From: Azolla caroliniana
Taxonomy: Eukaryota; Plantae; Polypodiophyta
Length of the DNA stretch: 64,000 bases
NCBI GenBank assembly: GCA_043228905.1
Contig: JBHGNT010000009.1
Span: forward strand, 10,602,001 to 10,666,000
Direction: 5' to 3'
In this document: positions 1 through 11,922 of the stretch, in pieces
Numbering within the stretch: the first letter of the stretch is position 1
Layout of the letters: each line of letters starts with the position of its first letter
Program-made: the position numbers and the translations under genes
Notes under the pieces: generated by a model
Databases searched by the model: none
Seen by the model: the letters and a program-made list of their open reading frames with translations, nothing else
What the model was told of the DNA's origin: nothing

Positions 1-1240
1 TCTCCGGGATGGCTATCTATGGAAGCACCCGAAGAAGAGGGACGGCGCTCCGCTCCGGGTAGTGGCGATGAAGGAAGAACAGGAGGAGCTGCTGATGGCT
101 TACCACGACAGCCCTTGGGCTGGACACCGCGGAACATGGGCTACGTTTGAGAAACTGAAGGAGAAGTATTGGTGGCCGGGGCAGTACCAGGACGTGCATC
201 GGTTCGTGACAACTTGCGAGAGCTGCCAGATGCACTCCATAGTCCGACATCGAGACGAGCTTCACCCTACGTACCCTCCGGCCATCCATTTCAAATGGAT
301 GGTAGATCTGGTAACGATGCCAATGGGAGTAGGACAGATGCGGTACCTGGTCCTAGCGCGGGAGGATCTGACGAACCAGGTGGAAGGCCGGGCCCTTCCG
401 AACAAAACGACCGCGGCCGTATGCCGGTTCCTAATCGAGGACGTGATATGCCGGTACGGGTGCGTCGGGAAGATCGTGGCTGACCGAGGGGAGTTGGACG
501 CCGAAGAAGCCGCGGAGCTGTTCGACCGGCTGGGAGTCAAGCTCTCGCTCACCACTGCGTACAATCCGGAGGCGAATGGAAAGGTGGAGCGAGGACACGG
601 ACCGATCGTCAAGGCGTTGGTTCGGGCATGCGGAGGCCGAGTCGGTGACTGGCCGCGGCTGCTACCTTATGCTTTGTGGGCAGACCGGACCACGCACAGT
701 TCGGTAACCGGGTACATGCCGACAGAGCTCATGTTCGGCCAGAAGCCGATCATGCCGATGGAACGGACGATCTCCTCGTGGGCAACGGTCGACTGGAGGG
801 ACGAGATGAGCCGGGAGGAGTTGTTGGCCGCGCGCATACGACAGCTCGAGCGGAGACCGGAGGACGTGGAACTGGCTACGGAGAAGCTCCGAGTGGCGAG
901 GAAAAAGAACAAAGCCAGGTTCGACCGAACGCACCGGCTCCGACCGAAGAAAATCGAAGAAGGTGACTGGGTGCTCGTCTACGATAGCAGCCTCGACAAC
1001 CAGCACCGAGCTACACGGAAGTTCGCACGAAGGTGGTTCGGGCCTTACGTGGTACAGAGCGCCAATGACAACGGGACATACCACCTGGCGGAACTCGACG
1101 GCACGAGAATGACGATACCGGTTGCAGGGAAGCGGATCAAAGCGTTCAAGAAGCGACACGACGACGAGCCAGACCCGGCTCTCCTGGTCGGCAGTGACGA
1201 ACGATCCGAAAACGAGGAAGAACCGACGGGCGAGGAATGA
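1..1240 (+). CDS. pol: Ty3/Gypsy integrase, 3' part of pol (5' end outside window), element G1
   Basis: ORF 62-1240 has the HHCC zinc finger (H...WAGH...CESC), the DDE core (MVDLV, VADRG, NGKVER) and GPY/F (WFGPYVV). It is closely similar to the integrase of the 47965-51216 ORF. Confidence 0.95.
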   Translation, partial: LRDGYLWKHPKKRDGAPLRVVAMKEEQEELLMAYHDSPWAGHRGTWATFEKLKEKYWWPGQYQDVHRFVTTCESCQMHSIVRHRDELHPTYPPAIHFKWMVDLVTMPMGVGQMRYLVLAREDLTNQVEGRALPNKTTAAVCRFLIEDVICRYGCVGKIVADRGELDAEEAAELFDRLGVKLSLTTAYNPEANGKVERGHGPIVKALVRACGGRVGDWPRLLPYALWADRTTHSSVTGYMPTELMFGQKPIMPMERTISSWATVDWRDEMSREELLAARIRQLERRPEDVELATEKLRVARKKNKARFDRTHRLRPKKIEEGDWVLVYDSSLDNQHRATRKFARRWFGPYVVQSANDNGTYHLAELDGTRMTIPVAGKRIKAFKKRHDDEPDPALLVGSDERSENEEEPTGEE

Positions 1241-1311
1241 AGACGGGCCGGTTTTCTCAGTCCCAACTCTCTTGGCGCATACCGGAGGATGCGCGGTTAG
1301 GTGGGGGCGGA

Positions 1312-2030
1312 TGTCGTGAAGAAAACCGTCCATAGGCGGAATCGGCGCACCTAGGCGTGGGAACCGGTTCTTCACGCGCGCAAGCTCCAAGTTGTACGAA
1401 GAAGCGAGTTAGGAGGATAATCGGCAGGAACGGGCCCTAACATAGGTGGAGACAAAGACCGCGCGAACAGTCTTTTCGGTCGCGCGCGCGAGCTAAAGGA
1501 CGGCCTGCTCGTCGGGCTATATAAGAGCAGGAAAGAGCTGTTGCAGGGGGATATATCGCGCGGAGAGGACGAAGTGCTGTCGGACCGTTTCTGGACGCTT
1601 CTCTCTCTCTGTTTCCTTCCTTCTTGAGCTCCATAGCTTTCTGTGCAGGGTTCCGAGGAGGCTCGCGCTGTTTCGAGGAACGCCCGAGTGCTTCCGGCAG
1701 CACCTCCAACCTGCTAACCCCCTTGCCCTGTTTTGTGCGTCGAAGCGAGCAGGCATCGGCATCTGTTCGCCGGCCTGTTCGGTTGTAACCAACCTGTGCC
1801 CCATCGAGGGTTGTAGTAGTGTTAGCCATTTTCTTAATATACATATTAAGTCATTCGCATCTGTCTGTGTCGGTGTCTGTTCGCGTTCTCCGTGCTGAAG
1901 GGCCGTGTCCCTGTGTATCCCCGGTCCTGCGTAGCCGGTTCTCTCTCTTTCTCCTCCCTCGCTTGCTCTTTGGTTCGAGACCCCCGCGGTCCCGCCTCGA
2001 TTCCACACGCACTTGCGTAATATCTCGACA
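1312..2030 (+). mobile_element. 3' LTR of Gypsy G1
   Basis: TGTCG...CGACA inverted termini; G-rich PPT (AGGTGGGGGCGGA) at about 1299-1311; TATATAAG at about 1518; start resembles LTR 11238-11922. Copia RT sequence resumes at 2031. Confidence 0.85.
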
Positions 2031-2307
2031 ACGTAATGTCCTTGGCTGATCAATATGCCTTTTGGGGTGCGGATCACTTTGATCCCTAGGAAGTAATGAA
2101 GGTCCCCTAGGTCCTTTATGTTGAATGATACCGTGAGTTGGGACTTTACGCGGTCGATTTCATCTAGGTCAGTGCTAGTGATGACGAAATCATCAACATA
2201 AAGTAAAATACTAACTGGTCCATGTCAACCTTGCCAGATGAACGAAGAAGAGTTTGATTTGGACGTTGCAAACCCCATCCGATGCAGGCGCTGCGTGATC
2301 TTCGTGT
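2031..2307 (-). pseudogene. pol: Copia RT fragment of Bryco-like element C1
   Basis: Minus-strand translation ...KITQRLHRMGF...LGIKVIRTPKGILISQGHYV matches the RT at 39530-39800. Confidence 0.85.
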
Positions 2308-2674
2308 TGTCGTGAAGTTATTGCTTCATGATGTCAAAACAATGTCAAAAATCTATAGAAAGAAATTTCCTATATGGAGCTTGTGACGCGGAGCATGTGC
2401 AAATTTTCGGTTCGTGAATTGGAGTTTAGGAGCCCAAGATACAAGTTTCGGAAGGATTAATGTTACTCGGGACACAAATGTAATTATGTCAAAAAGGGGG
2501 AGTCAAAATTAAATGAGGGCTATTTCTATAATTTCTCAAATGTACAACTACAAAATCGAATTTGTAGAATCAATAAATAAAATAATAGTAAATAAAAATA
2601 CATAAATAAAAAAAAATAAAAAAATACCACTGCCTACATGAGGTGGTTTGTCAACCGCCTCAAGAGGGTGGTAG
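2308..2674 (+). mobile_element. Truncated 5' part of a Gypsy LTR inserted into the C1 RT
   Basis: Starts TGTCGTGAAGTTATTGCTTCA, like the LTR starts at 1312 and of the 47031 family (TGTCGTGAAGAATGTGCTTCA). It joins directly to Copia gag at 2675, implying a deletion. Confidence 0.6.
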
Positions 2675-3185
2675 CATCGATTGCAGTTCGAAGGACGGTG
2701 GCTTCTCCTGGGTGCAAATCGCCATCCGGATTGGCCCGTACCGTTTGCTAGACCACCGAGGCAGATCTAGACCATCTCTTCTTCATCCACCGTCACATTG
2801 ATGGAACCGAGCGCGTCGCAGATCTCCTTTATTTTAGTGGTATAGTCAGTAATCGACATATCTTGTTGTCGGATGATGTTGAGCTCTTGTTGGAGCTGCA
2901 ACTTTTGGGTTGTCGTGTTTGCCGCAAAAATCGTTTTGCATCCTTGATGTAGCCAAGCATTTGGGCATGCACACAAGATGTGAGGCAGTACAATACATTA
3001 CTCGCTCCTTGTTCCCATGCCTGGAAGTCCTTGTGTGCTGAATCCGGCGCTGCTACATTTGCTCCTTCCACACAACTCCAGTATCCGTGCCCCAACAAGT
3101 ACTAGTGCATTTTATACAACCATAACGCATAGTTGCTCCGGTCGAGCTTTTCTGTGGGAAGTGAGCTCGCCATACTTCTGTCCAT
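2675..3185 (-). pseudogene. gag: Copia gag of C1 (decayed)
   Basis: MDRSMASSLPTEKLDRSNY...LGHGYW...KLQLQQELN, homologous to the ORF starting at 6047; stops and frameshifts present. Confidence 0.9.
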
Positions 3186-3257
3186 ATCTTCCTTCTTTTC
3201 GGTCTGTGCCTTTCCAAAAGTTAGGGTTCTTCTATTTCGATTGTCGGTCTAATACCA

Positions 3258-3682
3258 TGTAAATGAAAGCGTGTGGAAGCATAGACAAACTGGTTCAACA
3301 GAATCACACAATGATGAAGGTTTAATGAAAAGCTTGAGTGCACAGGGAGAGACAGAGAGAGAGCAGAACAACAAAAACTTAATTAAAAAATAATAACACT
3401 CTGCACATACAATGTGCTCAATGAGCACTTTTATACAAGTCCTTAAAGGACAGACAGAAGTATTGACATGTACTTCACTGCTCATACGAGCGATTGACAC
3501 TAGCTCCAAGGAATATGCCTACGTACTAGGCTAAGATTGTAGGCTCTAACGGCCTACCGGTTACAATCCGATCCTTCTCTCCGATACCGACCCGGATACC
3601 TATCCAGTTCTCCATTCCGGATATTGATCCATCTCCGACTTATTCTGCTGATTCGGATCCAGTTGAGCTTGTCCGCTCAACA
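3258..3682 (-). mobile_element. 5' LTR of Copia C1, followed by a tRNA-iMet-type primer-binding site (PBS)
   Basis: Minus strand reads TGTTGAGCGGACAAGCTCAAC...TTTACA, then TGGTATTAGA (3257-3248). Confidence 0.85.
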
Positions 3683-3975
3683 CCATCGTTATTAGCCATA
3701 TGAAGTACTATAAAGTTTTAATGGAGTGTCTTACAAGCTGAAATTACCTAGTTCCGACAAAGTGCATGATACATTCCATGTAAGTTTTCTTAAGCGATTT
3801 CATGCAGATAAACATTGGAGTTGGAAGACTAACCTAAGTGAGGAAGCTGAAGAACTTGAAGCAATTTTAAAACAATAAGTGCGCAATGGAAATACGAAAT
3901 TTTTGATCAAGTGGAAAGAGCGACCAATTTTGGAAGCCACATGGATCTCTGAAGAAAGTTTGTTTCGTTCCAACC
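3683..3975 (+). pseudogene. pol: Chromovirus (Gypsy) integrase C-terminus with chromodomain, decayed
   Basis: Translation PYEV...SYKLKLPSSDKVHDTFHVSFLKRF...EAIL...KFLIKWKERPILEATWISEE, i.e. the GPY/F region plus a chromodomain. Confidence 0.85.
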
Positions 3976-4177
3976 CCACATTCTTGTTCGGGTACCCTAG
4001 CTATAATTAATATTACAATGACAAGGGTTTAGACACTACCTACTGTATTAGTATGGTAAGACCACTTTTACCATTGTTCTTCTTTTTCTTTTTTTCATTT
4101 AGTTATAGACTTAGCGGGTCATGTTATTGTACTAGTGTTTTAGTTTCGAGGATGAAACTCTTCGCCTCGTGGGATAG

Positions 4178-4849
4178 TGTTATAAGTTATGTTATGGAGT
4201 AGTTAGAATTAGAGAAATTAGGGGAAGATTGGTTAATAGGAGTAGTTAGAGAAATTAGTGGTCAAGTAGCTAGAGATATTAGTGGTCAAGTAGTTGAGTC
4301 CATGGGTATTTAGTATGTTGTGTGAACAAAGAAGAGGGGAGAGTTTTCTGTAAATTAGGGGGATGCCCCCCATGTAATAATTCCTCTTTAATACAAAATA
4401 CCATTTTCTCTTATCTGTTGAGCACCCCTTTTCTATAGTTTCTTTTCTCTGTTCAAGGACGGATATAGGGGGAGTGACCAAAGGAACAAGCCTAAGCCGA
4501 AGCCGACCGAACAAGGGGGGGTAAAGCCAAGAAGGGCAGGACCAAGACTTGGTAAGATGTTGTTAAGGGCCTTGAAGAAGACGAATCAGAGAAAACTGAT
4601 TTGGAAGAAAAGAGTGATCCAGACTAGAAGGATCCTGTGAAGGCTAGACGGACAAGATGGTAGCCGAAGCCAACACCGATACTGATGAACCAATGCGTCG
4701 AGGGGTGCAAGTGCCGAGACAACAATGAAGCTGAAAAGAGCCTCATGAGCAGACAAGCCGCCAAGAAACTCGAGGTGCAGGGAATCGGATGGGTCGTGGA
4801 AATACATAACGAGGAGTATTCACCGAAATAGGATTCAAGTGTCACAACA
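4178..4849 (+). mobile_element. 3' LTR of the chromovirus
   Basis: Follows TTCGAGGATGAAAC...GGGATAG (typical chromovirus 3' end, degenerate PPT); termini TGTTAT...CACAACA. No second LTR in the window to confirm the end. Confidence 0.6.
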
Positions 4850-4852
4850 CAA

Positions 4853-5364
4853 TGACATGAAATACATAGTTGGTGAGGATTGAACTTACAACCTCACTTC
4901 AACAAGACTTCATGCTCAACTATTTAGATATAATCATGTATTTGTATATAATATTTAGTATTGTATATTCTAGCATATACTATATTCGAGAATATTGTAA
5001 AGCCTTTAGTATATTCTAGAAATATTCTATGGTGTATTCTAGACGGGTATATTCTAGAGATATTTGTGGGGTATATTCTAGATATATTTCTTAGGTATAT
5101 TCTAGAGATATTCAATCCCGGAAGTTGTATAAATACTTGTAACCTCCTTGGTCCCTTTCAATGGATTCAACGCCAGTCATTAACACATCAATATAGTGTT
5201 CTCGTTTCACCCCATCTTGTCCCCTTGATCTTCATCTCTGTCTCCATGCTCTTGTGTTGTTCCCAACTTCTTAAGTTCCTCGCCTCGTCATTCCAAACTT
5301 CTCTAGTTTCTAGCCTTGTCACTTCTAGCTCCAAGTTTATAGCCCATCGCTCGTAGCCCCATCA
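4853..5364 (+). mobile_element. Probable LTR of the TGTC(A/G)TGAAG Gypsy lineage
   Basis: Termini TGACATGAAA...CCCCATCA resemble TGTCATGAAG...CCCCGACA; TATAAATA at about 5128; degenerate TATTCTAGA repeats at 4965-5112. No TSD seen. Confidence 0.45.
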
Positions 5365-6046
5365 TCTGTGCTCTGTTGTAGTCTGCGCTTGGTGTGTCCG
5401 TAATATCGAGGACTTGTGGGGGTGGAATGTTGATGTCGTGATTGTCGTCATGTTTTAGATAAGGCGTTGTCCGAATCTGGTCATCGAGGACTTGTGTGGG
5501 TTCGACGTGCAATGCATTGTTGTTGAGAGACAAGCTCAACATCGGCCGGATCGGCTGAAGAAGCCGAGGACCGGACTGGTTGGGACTGATCGGTTAGGCC
5601 GAATGCCTAAACCGGTACGTAGACCGGTGCGTAGGTAGGGCCGGATCGGTGCGTAAACCGGGAGGCCGTTAGGAAAGATATTCCGTGAGGAATATATTTG
5701 GGAGTTAGTGTAGGAGCTCTTAATGAGCATTGAAGTACTGTCAGTACTTCGGTCAGTCCTTCGAGGACTTGTACAAAGTGTTCATTGAACACACATATGT
5801 ATGGTGTGGTGAATAGAGATTGAGTACTTTTGTTGAATATAGTTCTCGTGTTTTCTCTCTCTCACTCTCTCTGTCTCTCCCACGTATACTGCGTAAGCTC
5901 AAGCTCTCCATTAAACCTGAGTTTTCTTCCTTCTTTTCGGTCTTCATACTTGCTTCCGCACGTTACTTTTTATATGGTATCAGAGCGCGAGGGTTGAGAA
6001 CCTCTCTGCAGCCGACACAACTTGACGAAGAAGAACAAGAAGAACA

Positions 6047-9000
6047 ATGGATAGAGGCATGGCGAGCTTGCTTCCAACAGAGAAGCTCGACAGAACCAAC
6101 TACGCGTCTTGGTCCTACAAGATGCACCAGTACCTGCTCGGGCATGGCTACTGGAGTTATGTCGAAGGAGATAATGACACGGCACCCGAATCGACACACA
6201 GAGACTTCCCGTCGTGGGAACAATCGGCGAGCAGGGTATTATACTGCTTCGCGTCGTGTGTGGGCAAACAACTATTGAGCTATGTTCGGGATGCAAAGAC
6301 ACCGAAGGGTGCGTGGGAAAATCTGAAGAAGATTTTCGCCGCGAGCACCACAGCCAAGAAGCTTCAGCTCCAACAGGAGTTGAGCAACCTACGACAACGC
6401 TACTTGTCGGTGGAGGACTATACCTCGAAGATCAAGGATATCTGCAACTCCCTCGCCTCCATAGAGGTGAACATCGAGGAGAGCGAGATGGTTCAGATCT
6501 GTCTCGGAGGTTTGGCGTCGAAGTTTGGAGCGTTCCGAACGGCTGTGTGTACCCGGGAGAGTACGTCGTCCTTTTTCGGCTTACAGTCAATGCTCCTGGT
6601 AGAGGAGAACCACACGGGTGTGTCTACAAGCACGCACACCGACAAAAAAATGTTGTACACGGAGGGAGATAGGCCCCGTGGACGTGGAGGACGAGGCGAG
6701 TCGGCGCACAATGGAGGCAACCGACGAGATCAAGGAAGAAGGCACCGAAGTGATGCCGACAGCAACTCCGGACCCTCCGGAAACAGGGGGAGTCGAAGCG
6801 ATGAGAACCGACAAGGGAAGGCCATCGCAGAGTGCAGGTACTGTGGCAAGAAAGGCCACAGGGAAAGTGAGTGCTGGAAGAAGCGCGCCGATTCGGAGAG
6901 AACCGGTTTCGGAAACGGCTCCGGACATACCGACAAGGGAAATCGGCAGCGATCGCACTACGCCGAAGACTCCGGGAGAGCCGGAGAAGGGTCTGCCTTC
7001 GTGACGAGACATGAAGCAAACTCAATGAAACGGACCACCCTGAGATCGGACGAGGTGTGGTACGTAGACTCCGGCGCATCAAACCACATGACGAGCCATA
7101 ATGAGTGGTTCTCGTACCTTGAAAAACCGATACAACCTGGAGTAGTTGCAACTGGAGACGACACTCCGCATCCGATCGCGAATGTCGGAGAAGTTCCTCT
7201 TAGCCATGTCGGGCAGAAAGGGAAACTCATGAACGTGCTGCACGTTCCGACAATCACGAAGAACTTGGTCTCGGTCGGACAGATCGTCGACCAAGGGATG
7301 GAGGTTCGGTTTACACACCTCGGGTGCTTCATTGAGGAAGAAGGCCGTGTGATTGCGCAAGGGCGTAGAGACGAGAGGATGTTCATCCTCGATTCCACTA
7401 ACGGCAGCACCGCAATGTTCGCGAAGGGACAAAAATCCGAGTCGGACATCAACTTGTGGCACAAGCGGATAGGCCACGTCAACTACCAACGACTTCAAGA
7501 TCTGCAATTGAAACAGGTAGTGTTCGGATTGCCCAAATTTAGTGACCAAAAGGCACAAATTTGTGAACCATGCCAGCTCGGGAAGCAACACCAACTTCCT
7601 TTCCCCAACGAGCGAAACCGGAGCCAGAACAAGCTCGACCTTATACACTCCGATGTATGGGGGCCGGCACAAAACGTTAGTCTTGGCGGGAGCCAATATT
7701 TCGTCTCCTTCATCGACGACCACACGCGGCACACGTGGATCTACCTCATTGAGAGGAAGAGCGAAGTCTTCGACTGTTTTCGGGACCTCAAAGGGTTTAT
7801 GGAAACGGAAACGGGACGAAAGATCAAGTGCCTGCGGTCGGATGGCGGGAAAGAGTACTTTTCTGGTCAATTCAACGGTTATCTACAACAAATGGGAATT
7901 CGGCGCGAATTCAGTTGTAGATACACACCGGAGCAGAACGGCGTGGCCGAGAGGAAGAATCGGTCAGTTGTGGAAGCGGCACGGGCAATGCTAGAGGAGA
8001 AGAGCTTGCCCAAGTTCTACTGGGCCGAGGCAGTAAGGACTGCGGTATACATCCAGAACCGGATCGATGACAAAGTGTCGGTGCACGAGCTATATTTCAG
8101 AACAAAGCCGAACTTGCGACACTTGAGGGTGTTCGGTAGCATTGCGTATGTGCATGTACCGAAGGAGAAAAGGAGGAAGCTGGACGCAAAGGCCGAGAAA
8201 TGCATCTTGGTCGGTTACTCGGACGAGCAGAAGGGTTATAAGTGCTATAACCCTCGCACCAAACAAGCGCTTGTTAGCTGCGACGTTGTGGTTGACGAGT
8301 CCGCGTCCTGGTACCAGCCCTCGACTCCAATCCGAGTTCTGACGATGAGGTCAGCGAGGCCGAGATGCCTCCGGATGAGCCCGAAATCGAGACCCGCCAA
8401 GAGAGTCCGATTTCACTCCGTTTAAGTGGACTGATTGGACGACTGAGTCGGTACGATCAGTCCGATGAAGAGCCGACGAGTAGTGAAGACTCGGCCGTGC
8501 ATTCCCCGCACAGGAAGCGGAGGAGACGGCTTACGCGCAAAGAGAAAGGGAAGAAGAAGGTGTCGGATTCCGGCACGGATACGAACGAGTCAGACCGACG
8601 CGAGTCCGACTCCGAGGGCACCGGTGACGAGTCCTTAAAGGTGAAGTCCGCGTCGACCGAGAAGGCCTCGACATCGGCTAATGTGAGATTACGCCGATCT
8701 AGCCGCCAGAAGAATCCTGTTTTGCGGTTCGGATACAACGAGTACATGGCGCATCATTATGCGTACATGACCCGTGTAGCGGAAGTGCGTTAGCCGGAGA
8801 GCTACGCAGAAGCGGCTAAAGATGCAAATTGGCGTGCCGCGATGGAGGAAGAGATGCATGCATTGGCGGAGAACGAGACCTGGGACCTGGTTGACGCACC
8901 AAGAGGGGTAAAACCGATCGGGTGTAGGTGGGTGTACAAGGTCAAGTACAACACCGATGGCTCGGTCAACCGGTACAAGGCTCGGCTAGTTGCAAAGGGC

Positions 9001-9155
9001 TACGCGCAGAAACACGACATCGACTACGATGAGACGTTTGCGCCGGTCGCGAAAATGACGACCGTCCGAGTTTTGCTCGTAGTAGCTGCGGTGAAGGGGT
9101 GGCACTTACATCAGATGGATGTAAAGAATGCGTTCCTGCAAGGTGACCTTGAAGA
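6047..9155 (+). pseudogene. gag-pol: Copia gag-PR-INT and N-terminal RT of C2 (792-aa ORF, then a frameshift and a stop)
   Basis: CRYCGKKGHRESEC knuckle, WYVDSGAS protease, LWHKRIGH...CEPC, HSDVWGP, RSDGG, QNGVAER and [11 protein letters not shown]. Cut at about 9155. Confidence 0.93.
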
Positions 9156-11922
9156 ACTGGACCGAGTGACGCCCATCCTGGCTCTTGACCCTCACATAGG
9201 CTGAGCCATTGTCCAGCACCTTGGTCTCCATTCGTGCTGCCGTGATGTACGGTTCTCCGAGTATAACCGGATGTGAGGACGTCTCCTGCACGAAGAAGTG
9301 CTGGTCAATCTCGACATCGCCGATCTTTACTCGTACGTTCGGGCTGGCTCCATGCAGTTCCTCGGTGGCACGCGTTGCCGCCCGTATTTTTCACCCGTGC
9401 TTGGTGTTGATCGGCCATTTCCCCTTCTTATAGAAGTCCATGGACATCAAATTGATTTCTGAACAGTTTTCTACCAACGCCACCACCGGTTCATGAACAT
9501 CTCCGATCTTCACGGGGGTCTCCGTAGTCGCTCTGGCCCAGTGCGGCCTCGAATAGTGGCTCTCCGCCAACTCGTTTTCCAGCGCCATGTCCTCTATGTG
9601 CGTTGTCCGCACCTCCACAGGCTTCTCCGGTTTTGTCTCTGTCGACAGCCTCTTTCTCTTCACCAAGTCTATGGTGAAGTAGTGGAACTCCTTCTTGGTG
9701 ATCCCAAGCACTTCCCTCAGCGACAGTTCCACCTTGCTGTCGAGGATTCGTTCTTCCAGGACCTTTCGCAGGTACGTGGATCTTTCGATTTCTGTGCCCA
9801 ACCGGAACCCGCCCTTCTTGGGATTATCCTGGGTGCCGAGTACACCGGCCTCATTCCGCCTTTGCCCGAATCGAGTTTCATATCGCTGCGAGGGCCCGGC
9901 CCCTCCGGTTTTCCCTACCCGCTTGTCCTCTACTAGAGCCTCGTAGTTTTGACAAGTGGCTTCGACGAAGCCCATCTTTTCTTCCACTGGGTCACTCCAC
10001 CCGGTTACCTCCTGGACCCGTTTTTCCGCGCGGTCCACCTCTTCTTTCCTCAACCGCGCCCCGTCAAGGCCTTCCAGCATCGTCGGTCAGAACCCGACTT
10101 TCTTCGTCTTCGGGGCCTCGCCACCTTCTACCCGAATACCAGCTCACGCCGAGTAGTGGACGGTCTCCGCGTGACGAGCCGCCGCCTCCTCCATCAGCCT
10201 TTTCATACCCCCTCGCCCGACGTTCAGGTTCAGGGCCCTTCGGGTCTCGCTGGCGTGCACCCGATCGTTCCATAGGTACACCACGTTGCTTCTCATCGCC
10301 TCGGCGAAGTCCCCGCAGTCCTTCCGGATGTGCCCAACCGCGTCACACCACATGCACCTATTTTCAGCCAGAGGTCGTCGGTCACGGGCCTGTTCGCCAC
10401 CATCCCTCCGTGCCTGGGCAATCTGGAGATCCTTTACCATCCGCGTCAGCTCCTACAGAGTTGCTCCCCCGGACGAGCCCTTGACCATGCTGGTTGAAGC
10501 CGACCCGGTCTCGAGCCAATCTCAGGTCTCTTCCCTTCGCGTTGGTGGTGTTGGCTCGAGCTTCCTTGCTGCGACAGAGCCTGCCCCTGTCGATCCCGCC
10601 GTTTGTCGAAACGGCCACAGACCCTTTTTACTACGGCCCAGTCGGCCGTCAGCCCGTCATCAGTCTCCAATAGGAGGCCTACCTGCTCCCGATCCCGCTC
10701 GTCAACCGACTTAACAAACAATAGCACACGGCTTGTGTCCAGAACGGTCCGGTCAAGCACCGAGAGGCACGCGAAGCGTTCCTCAAACTCCCGAAGGAGC
10801 ACTGATGCGTTCCTTCCTTTGTCGGGGGTCTCCACCCACTCCATGAAGTCCCGCTTCGAAAGTCGACGTGCATCTTCAAGCCCGTATCTTTCGAGGAGTC
10901 GACCTTCGAACTCCTCCCAGGTCCGGCTCTCAGCCCGTACCTCGAGCACGTCCGTATGGATACCCGACATCACCACTCGAGGGAATTCGGCTAGACGCCT
11001 CTCTTCCGGAATGTCCATCATTACCATCTCAGCCTGGTAGGACGCCAAGTAGCTCGTGGCATCCTTTCCACTAAACCGGCCGATCGTACCGAGAACCGCC
11101 TCGATAGCCCTATCAAGGGCGCCAGTGCCTTCGCGCACACTCACTATACGGTCTACAGCCGAAGCCAGGGCTTCTACAAGGTCCGACCCCCTCATCTTCT
11201 ACTCCTCTGCCGCCTTTCACGTCGGGTTCACCAAATATGTCGCATTGCTACGTGCGTGCGTGGAGAAGGGCGGGACCACGGGGGTCTTGGACTAAGGAGT
11301 TGAGGAGAAGGAGGAGAGCAGAAAGGCAACGGACCCTCTTACACACGCATTGACACGGGAGCGCATAGGAATCACAGTCCAACAACATAGCAAAACAAGA
11401 CGACCAGAAGTCCGAGTATATGAACACGTATGTATATTAATATAAGTATAAATATCGAGACGGTTACAACTAACAGGACGGCAAGGCGAACACCGAAGCC
11501 TGTTCACTCACACAAACAGAAGAGCGAGATGGAGATTCTACCGGAAGCACACGGGCGTTCCACGGGACAGAATCAGCCTCCCGAGAGCCTGCGCAAAAGA
11601 AGGCTACGGAGAACGATAGAGAAGAAGAGCTCGGTCCCAGTCCAACAACACTTCGTTCCCTCTAGCGCGCGATACCCTTCTCTCCCCGTCTCCCTCTCTT
11701 TTATAGCTCAAGGAGGGAGGTCGTCTCACCCGTTTACATCACATTAACTCTCTGTCCTTTCGGACAGAGATACTCCTCGATTTCCCTTACAGAATATTGC
11801 TACCTAGGATTTAACTTTTGTGCCTACCCATCCACCGTACAACAAGGGACGTGCCCTCGTGAAAGGGCCGGTTCACACACACTATACACGGTTTGCGCCT
11901 GGGGACGGTTTTCTTCATGACA
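9150..11922 (-). mobile_element. gag: 5' half of tRNA-Trp-primed Gypsy G2 nested in C2: 5' LTR 11238-11922, PBS, decayed gag-PR 9150-11195
   Basis: LTR TGTCATGAAG...GCGACA; PBS TGGTGAACCCGACGTG (11233-11218); CMWCDAVGHIRKDC knuckle; homologous to ORF 51414-53528. Pol and the 3' LTR are deleted. Confidence 0.9.

Noticed and set aside
2626-2674. Helitron 3' hairpin or DNA-transposon end
   Set aside because: No CTAG terminus or partner TIR; the segment starts with a Gypsy LTR signature at 2308.
8500-8770. Basic RRRR/KGKKK and RRSSR...FGYNEY motifs as a novel domain
   Set aside because: Basic NLS-like and RRSxR motifs are common in the Copia INT-RT linker.
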